From NCBI RefSeq assembly GCF_009914755.1, contig NC_060948.1: 64,000 nucleotides of DNA. One strand, given 5' to 3'. The notes beneath the pieces are model-generated. The model saw only the letters and a program-made list of their open reading frames with translations, had not been told where the DNA came from and did no database searches. Source of the DNA: the human T2T-CHM13v2.0 reference genome, Homo sapiens. The translations under genes were made by a program, and so were the position numbers. Shown piece by piece: positions 22,276 through 37,369 of this stretch (position 1 is its first letter; each line of letters opens with the position of its first letter).

Positions 22276-25200
22276 TGTCTCCTGTTCAGGAGACTCAACA
22301 TCTGATTGTTTTCCACCTCAGCCTGGAGCTGTCTTCCCACACTCTCCAGCTCCTTCCTTAGGTGGTTGGTCTCATCTTGTAGCTGCTCCACCTCAGAGGG
22401 CCCTGCTGGGGGCTCTGGGGCCAGGGGTTCAGCTGAGAAAGGAAGCAGACAATAAGGGCCTCTGGACTCTCAAAAAAAAAAAACAAAAAAAAAACCTCCC
22501 TTTGTTGGACAGCTCCTCCTCTCAGGCTTCCCAAACTTGGCCTCACTGCTAATGACTCCTCACACCCGGATGACAGCTAATCTTCCAAGTCACTTTCACA
22601 TAGAGAGCACTGTGGGTGGCTGACAATGGGCATTCCTCCCTCTTTACTGATGCGGACACTGAGGCTCATGGAGATGACAAGACTTGCTGTCTCCTGGCAC
22701 AGACCTCTTTCCCTCTGCCTCAAAGCCCTTCCATCCACCCACCTCCCTGGGGCATTCTAAGTCACCCCCACAGCCCTCTGATGCCAGTCCTCCTCCCAGG
22801 TCATGCCAGCCCCATCTTACCCATCTGGTTTTGGTAAACCCAAGCTTCTGTACTCGATGTATCTCATGCTTCTTCTCCTCCTTCGATGTGCGAACGTGCC
22901 CAAAGCACAGGGAGGAGAGGGCCCTGGAGAGAGGGGCTGCTGAACCTGTAGAGACAGAGTTTGAGAAAGTCCCACCTCCCTTCTGCCAGCTTGTGATTTA
23001 GAAAGGTGCATTCATTCAACACTTACTGAGCATGTACAGGCCAGGAACAGATCTTCATAGCAGAGATATAAGAGAGCAAAGAACAGACAGGAGCCCTTGG
23101 CCCTGAGGTTTCCATTCTAAGGGCCTTTAAATCTCTTTCAGAGCTAACAGTGACCTTTGATACTCTCTACCTCCTCCAGAAACACGAGCCTAAGGAGGAG
23201 AGATGGCTTGTCCAGACTCAAAAAGCAAATTAGGGACTGAGGCAGGGCAGAAATATGGGCCCCTGACAACCAGTCAGGCTAGTGCTTCCCTGAGAGGTGA
23301 CAAACCCAGGGCATGTGTGGCAACAACTAGAGCAGGGGTGTCTGGAGAAGAGAGAGTCAGCAAAGAGGGCAGTGGAGAAGAGCCACGCTGCATGTTCTGT
23401 GCTCTGGGGTCCCTCCAGGTGAGGCCTGGGTGCCCCAGCTCCCCACTGGTCCTGGCATCAGGGGCCCCTAGCCCCTTTCTTCAGGGCCCCAAGAGGAAAC
23501 TGGAGTCCAGGATTGACCAGCTGGAATCAGGGGACCCCACTGGACTCTTACCAGTGAATTGATGTTTTCACTGAGTTGACTGATTATTGCGGAGCTTGAA
23601 TCCAGGGCTACTGCTAGTTCTTGGTACTGGCTCTGAGGTGCATGCAGAGAGGAGGAGTTGGAGGAAGATTGTGGGGAGGGGTAGAGAAAACAATCATTAG
23701 GGCTGGTGGGGGCGTGTAGGCTGTCTCAGCTGGCAGAGGGGCAACAAGCCCCTGCTGTGGGAGGAGGTTGGAGGGCTGGCCTGCAGGGTCACTGCACCTC
23801 AGCCCAGGGCCTCTTACCTCCAGATCCTCCAGGGTAGCAGATGATGCAGGGCCCTCCCTGTAGATACCTGCTGCTGACTGCAAGAGATGAGAGTGCATAT
23901 GGAGATGTTCTGTCCCCCCTCACTGTCTAAGCCCTCTGACTTCCTTTCTTCCCCCATCAACTGGCAAAAGCTTCTTTTCTGCCTATCTTGGACCCTTTGT
24001 CCCATAACTCCTTTGTGCCAACTTCTGTCATGGTTCTTATCTCCCCACCATCCCACCGTGGGGCCCTTTCAGTGACTCCTAAAGGGACAGCCTGATGGCA
24101 AGTGGCTCTTCTCATTAGCCTGGCTTCCTCTTGAGACTGAGGATGAGGAAAATCAAACAGCAATGACCATTTTCTGGGTGTCCTGGGTGTTTTCAGCAGG
24201 CCATATACTAAGGATTCACATAAAAGCAACAATAATAAATCTGATTTAAATTTAACAAATGGAAGTCAAAAAATACCACCTCTATTATACAGATGTGAAA
24301 AGAGAGGCCCAAAGACCTCAAGCAACTTACCCTAAATCATATGCTAATCAATCCCTAATCAATCCTTAGCAGATGGAGAGGCAGGATTCAAACCCAGAAT
24401 TCTTAACCAGTACCCAACAGTCCATCCACAATCTTAAAAATTACCCTCTACTGCCCCTTGGGCCCCCTGTCCCCAGGAGCCTGGCCCGCCAAGACTCACA
24501 TCCCCAGGTGAGTGGTAACCACCAGAAGTGGCTGTGTCAGGGCTACTGCCATTGATTTTCTTTTTCCTGTTAGCTCCTTCTGGAATGCCAGGGCTCTTCC
24601 TCTGCCAATATTCTTTTAACTGTGGGAAAAAAAGAGCAGTAACACTCATGAGAATGATCAGCCCCTACAGCCACATCCTCCTTTACAGTTTTGACAAAAT
24701 ACTCTTATATACCATCTGGTTTAATGCCACCAACAATTGGACAAGGTGTTGTCACAGTCATTTAGTGATTGAGAGGGATTGATATCATGGATAGAAAAAA
24801 AAATGTCAAAACTGGAACTGAAACTCAGTCCTCTGACTCCAAGCTCTGGAGTTTTCCATGAATCAGCAGCTGCCAGGGACCAAAACAAGGGGTAGAGGTA
24901 GAAAAGTAAACATTAAGCAGGCAGGAACTGTAGGCCGTGTGGTTTAGAGTCATACATCCTCACAGGTCTGCTAGCGTGAAAAAGCACACCAGTACCTCCC
25001 ACACTTTCATATCAATGTGTCTTCATGGCAGAAGGCAGCTTTTCTGTTAAATCTGGGAATTTATCAGAAAGAGGACAACCCAAGCCTCATTTCAGAGAGA
25101 AGTCTGGTATACACTTGGAAACCTATGTGTCTGTCATCCCTAAGTACATTAATGTTTTTTCTCAAGAGAATCAAGGGAAAATGATGCTTCAGAAAGATGT

Positions 25201-25789
25201 CCCACATTTATCCTGTGGCACTCAAAGTACCCTAGGTTGAGATGATATGAGGAAGATTCAAGCTGTCAAGTTCAGTTTCCCAAGATCTATTCCACAGAAG
25301 ATGAGCAAATCTCACTTCAGAGACCACTGACTGAAGGTCAGTCTGGTCCCAGAACCATGGAGAACTCAGAAAATATGTTAAAGTCTCTCTGGAAGGTATA
25401 AGCCTGGGAGAAAACCAAACCAAACCCATTCTCCCATTGCTGCCCAGAGATACTGTCAATGTTTTGAGCTCACAGGAAGTGTAAGCTTTTCACACTGTGA
25501 ATTAGACATTGTTCACGGTGTAAAGCAGCCTGAAACTTCTTGCTCATAAGTCCCATAGTCCCCACTCCCCTTCCAGCTGGAAATTTGTGCTGCAACCAGA
25601 GGAACCAGAAATGGGGTGAGAAAACTTAGGGGACTGGGTTGTAAAATCAAAGGCCGGTCTTGCAGCAGTAATGACAGTTCCTCGTGGGACTGTGACATCA
25701 CTACATTCCACTCCTCCCAGGGGAGGGGACCACATCGGCTTGATGCCCAAGTTGCCGCTCCATGATGGGGGAGGGAAACACAGGGTTTT

Positions 25790-26080
25790 GACCCAGGTCC
25801 TCGGAGATGCCAGTCCAAGAAGCCCAGGGAGGTCGAGCTTGGGGCAGCAAGAGGGGAGGGCCGAGTCTGCAGTAGGGAGCCCCGGGAGTCAAAAAAGTCA
25901 CCCAGGGATGACTGGCCAGGGCGGGGCCCGGGGCTGGGGGACCCAGCTCCTGGGAGACACAAGCCCAAAGAGCCCAGGGAGGTTGGGCTTGGGGTGGCAG
26001 GAGGTGAGGTCCGAGTATGGAGCAGGGAGCCCCAGGAGTCACCCTCCCAAAGTCACCCTGTGGTGACTGGCAAGGGCAAG
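25790..26080. repeat. Two diverged ~150-bp GC-rich tandem units in golgin intron 1
   Basis: GACCCAG...AGCCCAGGGAGGT...AGGGAGCCCC(G/A)GGAGTCA...AAAGTCACCC...TGACTGGC occurs at ~25790 and again at ~25940. Confidence 0.7.
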
Positions 26081-26399
26081 GACTGAGTGGCTTGCTGAAG
26101 GGGTGGGGCTGACTGACAAGACTTTGGTTGGGGGAGCCCAGAGGCGCTGGTGTTGGGGGGCCTAGTCTGGTATGCCTCAGGAGTGGTATGGACTCTGCCA
26201 CCGGTCTTGTCATCGGAGGGGATCTGTGGCTGGGTTGGGGGCCATGACCTGGTGCGTTTTACCTTTTTCTTGGCTGCAGCCAATTTCCCCTGTTGTGTGT
26301 TTTCTGACATCGTGGGGTGGGGAGGGAGGCGGGGTTGGGGCCACATCAGCAAAATCCCAGTGAGCACTGCTGAATGCCTCCAGTCACCTACAAGGCAGC

Positions 26400-26640
26400 T
26401 GTGCGACTGAACCACAGGTGGTGTAACCAGGGCACCAATGTAACACAGAATAGGGGCTTGGCCTTAATGCTCCAAGCCCATTGGTCAGTGAGAAAGATGA
26501 AAGGGAAAGGAGGCATGTCCAGGCAGCAGCATGTCCAGAGGGACCTGTGGCATCATAAGGAAAGCTGGCCATGCAACTGCTGTCCCCGCCCACTAAGAGA
26601 GAGGGGAGGGGCCGCCCAATCTGGGAGAGGGGAGGGGCTG
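26400..26640 (-). promoter_or_regulatory. Remnant golgin promoter
   Basis: Upstream of the ATG at 26346: CCAAT boxes at 26435 (+), 26480 (-) and 26616 (+), and a GC box CCCCGCCC at 26584. No TATA box. Activity unknown. Confidence 0.45.
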
Positions 26641-26976
26641 GCTTTTGCTTTAAAAGCTTTAAAACTGTAAAAAATAAACTTTAAAAAATATATGTGTGTA
26701 TACTTTATATATGTGTGTCTGTGTGTATCTATGTGTTCCTCCAGAGCTGTCTTCATTATCCAGCTTCTATGCAAAGTCTATGATTTTGGCCTATATTTTT
26801 CATCTTCAAATGGAACACAAGAATTACCAGTATTACCTTAACTGAAATATAGATCCTATATAAATGGAAAATCCATAGAATTCTTGATGATTAATGAAGC
26901 CAACTATAGTATCCGACATTCCAATAACAGAAAATAATCACAATGATTTCTCTTTTTTGGAAAAATGTTTGTCTTA

Positions 26977-27405
<429 letters not shown>

Positions 27406-27699
27406 TTAAAGCTCTTTACTGGTTTAAAACAAATACAAGGCCCATTTTTCTAGAATCACCTGGCCTCTCTAAGCCTTGCAAATGAAACTGAATTTCTCAC
27501 TTGATACCTGGCTATGACTTGCAATCATGAAAACCAAGAATTGTGTTATGTCACTGTGTATTGCTTGTTACCTGAAATCCACACTAGGCTGGGATCAAGG
27601 GTTGAATCTTTCATGATTTTCTCCATAACCTGTGTGCTTCTTATCCCAGACCAAACTAAGCTTTTTTCTAGAGTTCTACAATTTACACTTAATAGACAA

Positions 27700-27855
27700 G
27701 AGTGGTTCTCAAAATGTAGTCTATGGACTAGCAGCACCAGCAGCACCTGAGACCTTTTTATAAGTGCAAATTCTCAGGCCCCACCCTGGACCTGGTGAAT
27801 CAGAAACTCTGGAGTAGGGTTCAGCAATCTGTGCTGCAGTAATCCCTCCAGGTGT
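27700..27855 (+). mobile_element. MER5A-like hAT-Charlie DNA transposon relic
   Basis: AGTGGTTCTCAAA...CAGCAGCACCTGAGA...AATTCTCAGGCCCCACCC...GAATCAGAAACTCTGG...CCCTCCAGGTG. Confidence 0.7.
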
Positions 27856-28599
27856 TCAAGAACCTCTGGCATACAGCAGTTAGTAAAATGTGTTTACTTC
27901 TGTAGGTCCAAAGCCAGGGTTGCCATATGGTCTGCCTTGTTATGAAACAATGACATGCAATTAAAAGACAAGAATCTCCTTCCTACTCGCACCCTCCATC
28001 CAATGTGTTTTATTTTTATGAGTTCCATAAGAAAAACAAGTGGCAATCAGAGATTTAGTCTAAAAAGTATGTTTACAAGTGTCCGTTCTCATCCAGCCTG
28101 ATCGCCTACAAAACCATTTACATCCTCTTACATCTCAAGTTTTAAAAAAGTATCTTCACAATGTAAGACTCAAGCACACTAGCAGTTCTATAATAAAACA
28201 CCAAGTAGATCAGAATGTCCAACCTTACTAGAGAAGAAAAGTGCAATCATTGGCCATATTTTCAAATTGCATTCAACAGGAAATTTAAGTTTTGAATTTT
28301 TTTCACCTTCATACTTCCAAAGTAATAGAATTAAAGCAGAATATGCCATTCTTTCAAATACTCTAGCCAGGCAAAGTTTTACTGTATTATTTCTTGCTTT
28401 CAATGGATATAAAGCAGATTCCTGGTAGGCACATTCTGTGTACCTTCAAAGATGCAGAACTAAACAGTTCCATCTGTTCAATATTAAACCAAAAGTCCTG
28501 TAGACCGCGGATGGTGAGTGTAATACTTCAGCACTAGCCCAAAGCCTCAAATATGAAAACATACCAAGAACACCACTACCAAACAAAACTAAACTCTCT

Positions 28600-28875
28600 G
28601 TCAGGAGCAGTAGCTGACACCTGTAATCCCAGCACTTTGGCAAGCTGAGGTGGGAGGATTACTTGAAGTCAGGAGTTCAAGACTAGCCTGGGCAGCATAG
28701 AGAATTCACATCTCCACAAAAATTTTTAAACATTAGCTGGGTGTGGTGGCACACAGCTGTAGTCCTAGCTACTTGGCAGGCTGAGGTGGGAAAATTGCTT
28801 GAGGCGAGGAGTTCAAGGCTGCAGTAGCTATGATTATGGCACTGCACTCCAGTCTGGGTGACAGAGCGAGACTTA
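28600..28875 (+). mobile_element. Old Alu (AluJ-like)
   Basis: Diverged dimeric Alu with no clear tail. Confidence 0.8.
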
Positions 28876-28986
28876 GATAATTACATTTTCTCCTGCTCCT
28901 GTTTACACTAAAATCACGAAGTTAAAAGGCTTTCAAATTTGGCAGGATAAAAATTAAGTGAAATGTGACTTTGGAGCTTGGCTAAT

Positions 28987-29285
28987 GAAAGAAAGAAAGA
29001 AAGAAAGGAAAGAAGGAGGGAGGGAGGGAACAAAGAGAAAGAAAGGAAAGGAAGAAAGAGAGAGAGGGAAAGAAGAAAGAAAAAGAGAGAGAAAGAAAAA
29101 GAGAAAAAGAAAGAGGAAAGAAAGAGAGGGAGGGAGGGAAAAGAAAAGAACGTAAGAATGGAAAGCAAGAAAGAAAAGGAAAGCAAGGAAGGAAGAAGAA
29201 GAAGAAAGAACGAAACAAGGAAAAGAAAGAAAAAGAGAAAGAAAGAAAGGGAAAGGAAAGGAAAAAGAAAAGAAGAAAAAATGAA
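28987..29285 (+). repeat. ~300-bp polypurine (GAAA/GGAA/GA) low-complexity tract
   Basis: Almost exclusively A/G on the + strand. Confidence 0.95.
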
Positions 29286-29289
29286 ATGA

Positions 29290-30300
<1,011 letters not shown>

Positions 30301-31649
30301 AGAATGATTTCCTTTATAATGAGGGAGAATTGTGATTTTCATTTATTTATATTTAAATCTCTTTTCTTTTTCTGATTTTTTTTTCTCCTGTATGTATCCC
30401 ATGTAGGCTAGAATCCCTGCCTCTTGAGGTAAATCAGCCCATTTTCGGGAAGTGCGCTACAGAAAGCTGCCCTAGCTTCCTTTTAAGAGATGTGGAGACA
30501 TTTTTTATTTCAAATTGTTTTATCATTCTCAGATTATTTTGTTTAATATATGAAATTGAGGAAAAGACAAAGGAAAGGCTGACTCCCTACCCTCCTGGGG
30601 CTACTCTTCCAATTTTTGCTGCTATTGTTTATATTAATATTCACTAGGTACTAAAAAATGGGCAGCCCCTTAGATCATTTGTTCTTATCTCTTTCTCATA
30701 ATCCTACTTCATTCCTTCATTCACTTATTTTTAAAAGGGTCATGTGTACAAACACATGGTTCAGAAAATTTTTAAATATAACTACCTATAAAAGTATGTG
30801 GCCAAATCCCATTCACAGTCTTATTCTCCTTCTACAGCCAAACACTTTTAATTGGTTTCTTATATATCATTTCAGAATTTATCTTTGCAAATACACACGT
30901 ATATTCTTATTCTACTCTTCTCTCTCAACACAAAAAGTAGCATACCATACATACTATACCATTCCTTGTTCCTCTTAAAACACACACAATATATGTGAGT
31001 TCTTCTACATGAGTACAGAGGTCTTTGTCATTCTTCTTTACAACCGCACAGTATTCATCGTTTGGATGTACCACAGTTTACTTAACCAGTTCCCTGTTGG
31101 TGGACACTGAAGTCATCCCTATCATACTATTACAAACAATAATGCCAAGCATAACCACCCACACACTAAGTTCATTTCTGAATCTGCCTTTGATGAAGCC
31201 TCTATTTGAATCACCACAAAGTCACAAGGCTGAAAAGTTAGCCAATTTTTTAGTTTTCATTATGTGCAGCAGTATGTAGCAAAAGACTCCCTTGGGCAAA
31301 GCAAATGTGCTCTTTGGGGATTTACTGCATAACAATAAATGGATTAACACCAAGGAGAAATATTTCTATTTAACCATGCATACGTATGTATATAATGCAT
31401 GCATATGCATAGATAGTATACAATAAATCCATCAAAGCATTAAGCATTGTCTCAGTATGGTGGATCTATGGAGTGCTTTGTAGACAGCCCTCCTTGCCTA
31501 TCAATTCTTCCTAGTTTCAAAACAGTGAATATGTACTATTTTTGCAATATAAAATTTCAACAAATGTTAACTCAAGCCAGATACATTCCTTCAGTCTGTC
31601 CTATATTTGTATGGTGCTCCAGAGTGCTCAAATATCATGTCATTTAAAA

Positions 31650-31800
31650 AATTTATTTATTTTTTTTTCAAATATAGAAACAGGCAGGGCTTTGCTCTGT
31701 TGACCAGGCTGGTCTTGAACTCCTAGATCCTCCTAGATCCTCCCACTTCCACCTCCCAAAGTGCCGCTATTACAAGTGGGAGCCATCCGGCCCGGCTGGC
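31650..31800 (-). mobile_element. Alu monomer (FLAM-like)
   Basis: T-rich tail then CCAGGCTGGTCTTGAACTCC...CCTCCCAAAGTG. Internal 10-bp duplication TCCTAGATCC. Confidence 0.75.
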
Positions 31801-32399
31801 TTCATTTGAGAAATATTTCCCCAGAACTCCATATATTATGAATAATTCCTTTCTTCTTGTTTAGATACCATCTTAGTCATATCTCTATTACCTCACTTGT
31901 CACATGATAATCAGTTGCTCACCCATCCATCTTCCTTGATTGCTCGAGAAGAGTCTGATTTTCAGCACCTTGAACAGTGTGCAATACATACATGCTTCAT
32001 ACGCAGAGAAGGAAATGATATCACTACAGTGTAATTATTCCCAGAATTCAATGCCCGTATTTGTAGATTGTTCCAGATACTCTGCCAACAACCTGAGAAT
32101 GTTACGTGTTTTCCCTAAAACTTCCATCCATTACTGAGTGTCTACGGTCATAGTTAACTCAGTTGCGATGTGACCTCTGGCCAAGCCCATTCATAGTTTG
32201 TATTTAAGGTGATTTTTAATCTGAATTTTTGATTTTGATAGTTTCCTTTTTGTTTTTTTAATCTAGCAGTGTTTGGTAAACTTCTACATCTCTATATCCC
32301 TATGTCTTTGCACCTACTGGTCTCTGCTTGGAATAATAGCTCAAGGTTTTATTCACCTGGAAAAAATTTCTACTTACCCTTAAAGAATCAGCTTAAATA

Positions 32400-32695
32400 A
32401 GCTGGGCATGGTGGCTCATGCCTGTAATCCCAGCACTTTGGGAGGCCAAGGTGGGTGGATCACCTCAGATCAGTAGTTTGAGACTAGCCTGGCCAACATG
32501 GTGAAACCTCATCTTTACTAAAAATACAAAAAATAGCTGGGTGTGGTGGTGGATGCCTGTAATCCCAGCTACTCAGGAGACTGAGGCAGAAGAATCACTT
32601 GCAACTGGCAAGCAGAGGTTGCAGTGAGCTGAGATCACGCCATTGCACTCCATCTTGGGTGAGAGAGCAAGACTTCATCTCAAAAACAAAAACAA
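32400..32695 (+). mobile_element. AluS element
   Basis: Dimeric Alu with the TSD AATCAGCTTAAAT on both sides. Confidence 0.9.
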
Positions 32696-34794
32696 AATCA
32701 GCTTAAATGATACTGTCTCTGAGAAGCCTTTATATCTTCCTATTCTTTCAGTAACAGTTGAAAATTCCTCAACTCTTAAAACATTTGTGCCTCTATTATT
32801 ATGTATCAGGCACGGAACTGAGTGTCTAGGATAGAAAGATGAAACTGTAGACCCTGCCCTCATGGAGTTCATGGTCTAGTATGGAAAACAGCCATATGAA
32901 CAAATGACCACACTGTAGGTCTTCAGAGCTCAAACCCTATCCTAAATACTGCTAAATTAATATTCTGTGAGGTTTTGAAATTACTAGGGCCAGAGACAAT
33001 ATCGCTGTTTGGATGACTTTCCATCCAAGTTAATATTCCGCCATCATCATCAAAGGTGATATGTGTGTACCTCTTCCTTGCAACCCACCAGGGCCTAACA
33101 CATCATATACCCACTTTTGAAATTAGGAAACAGCCTCAGAAGTCCAAGAGCTTGACCAAAGTAACTCAGCTGTTAGGTAGCAGAACCAGGTCGGTATGAT
33201 TCTTCTTCAATATCCTCCAAGTTATATGGGCAAGTGGCCTCAAAATCAACAAAAGACAAGTAGAGGTTGATATGCATCAATGGAGAGAGGCTCAAAAGGA
33301 AGAGTTTATACACAAGAATAGAACAGAAATGTTCTAGAAGTATGTCTGGGGATGTGAAGTAGGAGGGGGCACACCAGGTTTCACCTTGGTCAAGTGAATC
33401 TATAATTCCAACCTGGGCCTCACCCCTGAGCTCCAGACTTAGCTATCTGTTTTTCTCACTCTAATATAAAATCCATAGGGCAGGACTTAATCTCTAGGTT
33501 GTTCATCACAAATTAAAGCAGAGTCTGGTTTATAGTAAGTACTTAATAAATAAATAAACAAACTATCAAAGAAGCTAAAGAAACATTCTACACTCTTGGG
33601 GGAAGGGATTACCATGAAATGCCATCTGTCCTTTTTCTTCTTTTCAGTATTTGGGGTGTTCTTCATTGAAAAAGATTAGCTTCTTCAATTAGCTCCCTTC
33701 TCTTCCAGATAGGAAGAGAGAGGGAGAGGGAGAGAGAGAGGAATAGAGAGAAGTTTCATATTTTAACTATGGTTCAATTCTAAGCATTCTAAAATTGTAT
33801 TGAGTTTTTTAAACCACGAATTACAAGGGTGTTTAATTTCCAAATTCATGTAGCTTTTTTTTAATCTCTTCATTATTGCCTTCTAACCTTAATTGCTTCA
33901 TATTTAAATTATAAATTATATGGTGTGGATGGTACCAATTGTTTTTTAAATCTTCTGACTTGCTTTATGAATTAATATATAATTAATGTTTCACCCACAG
34001 TCCACATATGCTTGAGAAGAATATACAATATCTAATTATTGGGTACAAAGGTCTATATTTGTCCATTACACCATGTCCATTCACTGGTTATTCAAATCTA
34101 CATATGGGCATTCCGTGTAACTTACTTATGGTAAGCAGGGTATGGTGAAATCTCCAAATATGCTGGCAGACTTGTCAATTTCTACCTGTGGTTTTATCAG
34201 TTTTTCTCCTGCATTTTGAGGCTATTTTGACAGGTACATAAAATATGAAAATTGCTACATCCTCCTAATTAACAGTCAGCATCAAGTTTCTTAATAACGC
34301 TTTCTGTTCCAAAATCCTTTTTTGATATTGAAGCTCCATCACTTGTTTTTGGTTAATGTATACTGCCATATCTTTATCACTCTCTCTCCTTTATAAAAAC
34401 TTTCAATCTTCTCATATCCTTATATTTTAAATATGATGGATTAAAACAGCTGGATATTCTTTTATTAGTTCCACCTAACTGGTAACTTTAGTCCATTTAC
34501 ATTTGTTGTGACTGATTTATGTGGACTTCCTTCTATCACCTTTAGAATTTCTATTTCTCTCACTTTCTAATATAATTTTAATATTCCCTCCTGGGATTCC
34601 ACTAAGACATATTTTAGACCTCATTCTGATCTCCCTCCCCCTACAACCCCACCAACTTCTGCCCTATCATCTATCCTCATGTCTTTCTGTGTAACATACT
34701 GACTCACTTTTGGGAGATAATTGTCTAACCAATTAATTCTTTCTTCTGATGTCTAATCCATCCACTGAGGTTTTTATTTCAACAATTACATTTT

Positions 34795-35120
34795 TTATTT
34801 CTTTATTTCATTTTATTCTGAGACGGAGTCTCACTCTGTCACCCAGGCTGGACTGCAGTGGCATGCACGTGCAGCCCTTGTCTCCTGAGCTCAAGTGATC
34901 CTCCTCAGCCTCCTGACTAGCTAGGACTATAGACATGTGCCCCATACCCAGCTACTTTTTTTTTTTTTTTTTTTTTTTGGTGGTGTTGGGGTATTTTTTA
35001 CAGAAACGAGTTCTCACCATGTTGCCCAGGCTTGTCTCCCCAACTCCTGGGCTCATACCATCCTCCCACCTCAGCCTCCCAAACAGTGCTGGGATTACAG
35101 GTGTGAGCCACCAGATCCAG
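34795..35120 (-). mobile_element. Old Alu (AluJ-like)
   Basis: Diverged dimer with an expanded central T-run. Confidence 0.8.
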
Positions 35121-36089
35121 CTATATATTTTATTTCTGTAAGTTCTAGTTCATCCATTTTCTTTTCAGGTCCTCCTCATCATTCCTGGTGGTCTTTCTGT
35201 TGCTCAATTTAATGAGTCCTTCTTTTATATTAGGTTTCACATGTAACTATTTTCTCACAATTCTAATATTTGAAGTCTGTGTTCTGTATCTGATAATTCC
35301 AAAACCTAGTCTTTGGGAAACATATTCATTGTTTCTAGCAATTCTCAAATATGTTGTGTTGAGACTACTTGAATGCTGTGATTTGACTGAATTCATATTT
35401 GCCTGCTTTTAATCTTTGGGAATCCTACAGGCTTAAGTTAGAGATGTTTTCCTATAAAAAGTATCTGTGTCTGCTTCTGATGAGAGCTGTGGGTACAACT
35501 AACATGAGAGCACTTTACCACCATGCATAATCCTGACATTCTCTTGGATTATCTTGGAGCATCTCAGCATTACACAAGGTTCTCAAATCTGGCTCCCCAC
35601 CATTGCTCATTTATATACAGAAGACTAGACTGCTTAGTATAGGTGGTGACTCACTTCTTGCTACCCTGGAAAAAACAAAACGGATCTCTCATCTGAATGT
35701 GATCACAGACTAGGAAATTCTGAAGGTGAATAACTAGAGGCTGTGGGCAGCAGGGAAAGACAGGTGTCTTTCCTGACCATAGAAATAGGTCAGAAGCTGC
35801 CCTAAAGGCTGTGTGCTACAGCATTTCACTATTTAGCTCAACTACCATTCCCTCCATAAGTGTGAGTGGAAGTTTCTTGGAGCACCATATTGCCTTTAAA
35901 CGAAACCAAATTTTTGCTCAAAAGTCATGGTCATGGAAAACAAAACAAAACAAAACAAAAAACCCTCTGGCTTTGGAAGGCTTTCTCAGTAATGTCCTGG
36001 AATTAAGGTTACAGGCTGCATTTCATGTTAACTGAACAGAAAACCAGCCTCCAACATCCTTCTGCCCCATGGCTTGCTCTCAGCTCCTC

Positions 36090-36290
36090 TTGGTTGGGCC
36101 TAGGGCAGTCAGACTGTCTGGTTCCAATCCTTGTTCTGCCACCTGTGACCTTGGACAAGTTACCTACTTCCAGTTGCCTCATCCATAAAATGCAGATATT
36201 ATTAATACCCTCTTTTAAAGAGGTATTCAATCCTTATTAAGAGGATTGAAAGAGCTAATAAAAAGACTTGGTAAGCATAGGCACAGAGGG
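36090..36290 (+). mobile_element. MIR
   Basis: Contains the MIR core CTGTGACCTTGGACAAGTTACCT...CCTCATCCATAAAATG. Confidence 0.65.
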
Positions 36291-36999
36291 AAAGAAAAAA
36301 AGTAAAAATAAATAAATAAAAAGACTAGTGTCTAGCACATAAAAGTTCATCAGGAATTAATTCTATAACATGAACTCAATTTTGCAAAACTTCAAAGTAC
36401 ATATAACTTTTACTAGGGTATACATAACAATAATAAATTTACAACTGTAGACATGTTTCTCTACAGTAAATAAAGACTAAACAATCAGATACTAAATCAT
36501 TAAGTGATTATCAGTTAGTAAATTTAATTTTCTTAAACTTCTATATTTTCTATAGATCATCTTTGTAAGAGAAAAAAACCAAATGAAAATGAAATGAATT
36601 CTCTCAAAAAGAATTAAGACAGGAAGAAGACTCACAAAGTAACACAAAATATATCTTATGGTTTATGTAAAATTCTTAATAAAAGTACCTTCTTTGCTCC
36701 AAGCTGCACTCTGGCTTTGCCTTTGTCTCAGGTGTGTTTTATTTGTATGATGGCTAATTCTATCGAGTAGGCACTGCTTCAGCTCTACAGGAAGAACAAA
36801 ACATCTTTAGAACACAGCAGCGTTCCTGGTTCCCACTTGAGAAGGCCTAACCAAATGGCATATAACTTAACAGTAGCAGACCAGTGTTAAAAAGTCTGGA
36901 GTCAAAGGGAAAAGGTAAAATTGGAACGTTTCCAGAATCTCACAAAAAAACAACAAACCAATGTTCTAAGTGCCCAACATGAACAAATTAGAACCTTAA

Positions 37000-37369
<370 letters not shown>

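Noticed and set aside
21884-22552. 222-aa Pro/Ala/Ser-rich + strand ORF
   Set aside because: It is the antisense shadow of the golgin heptad repeats.
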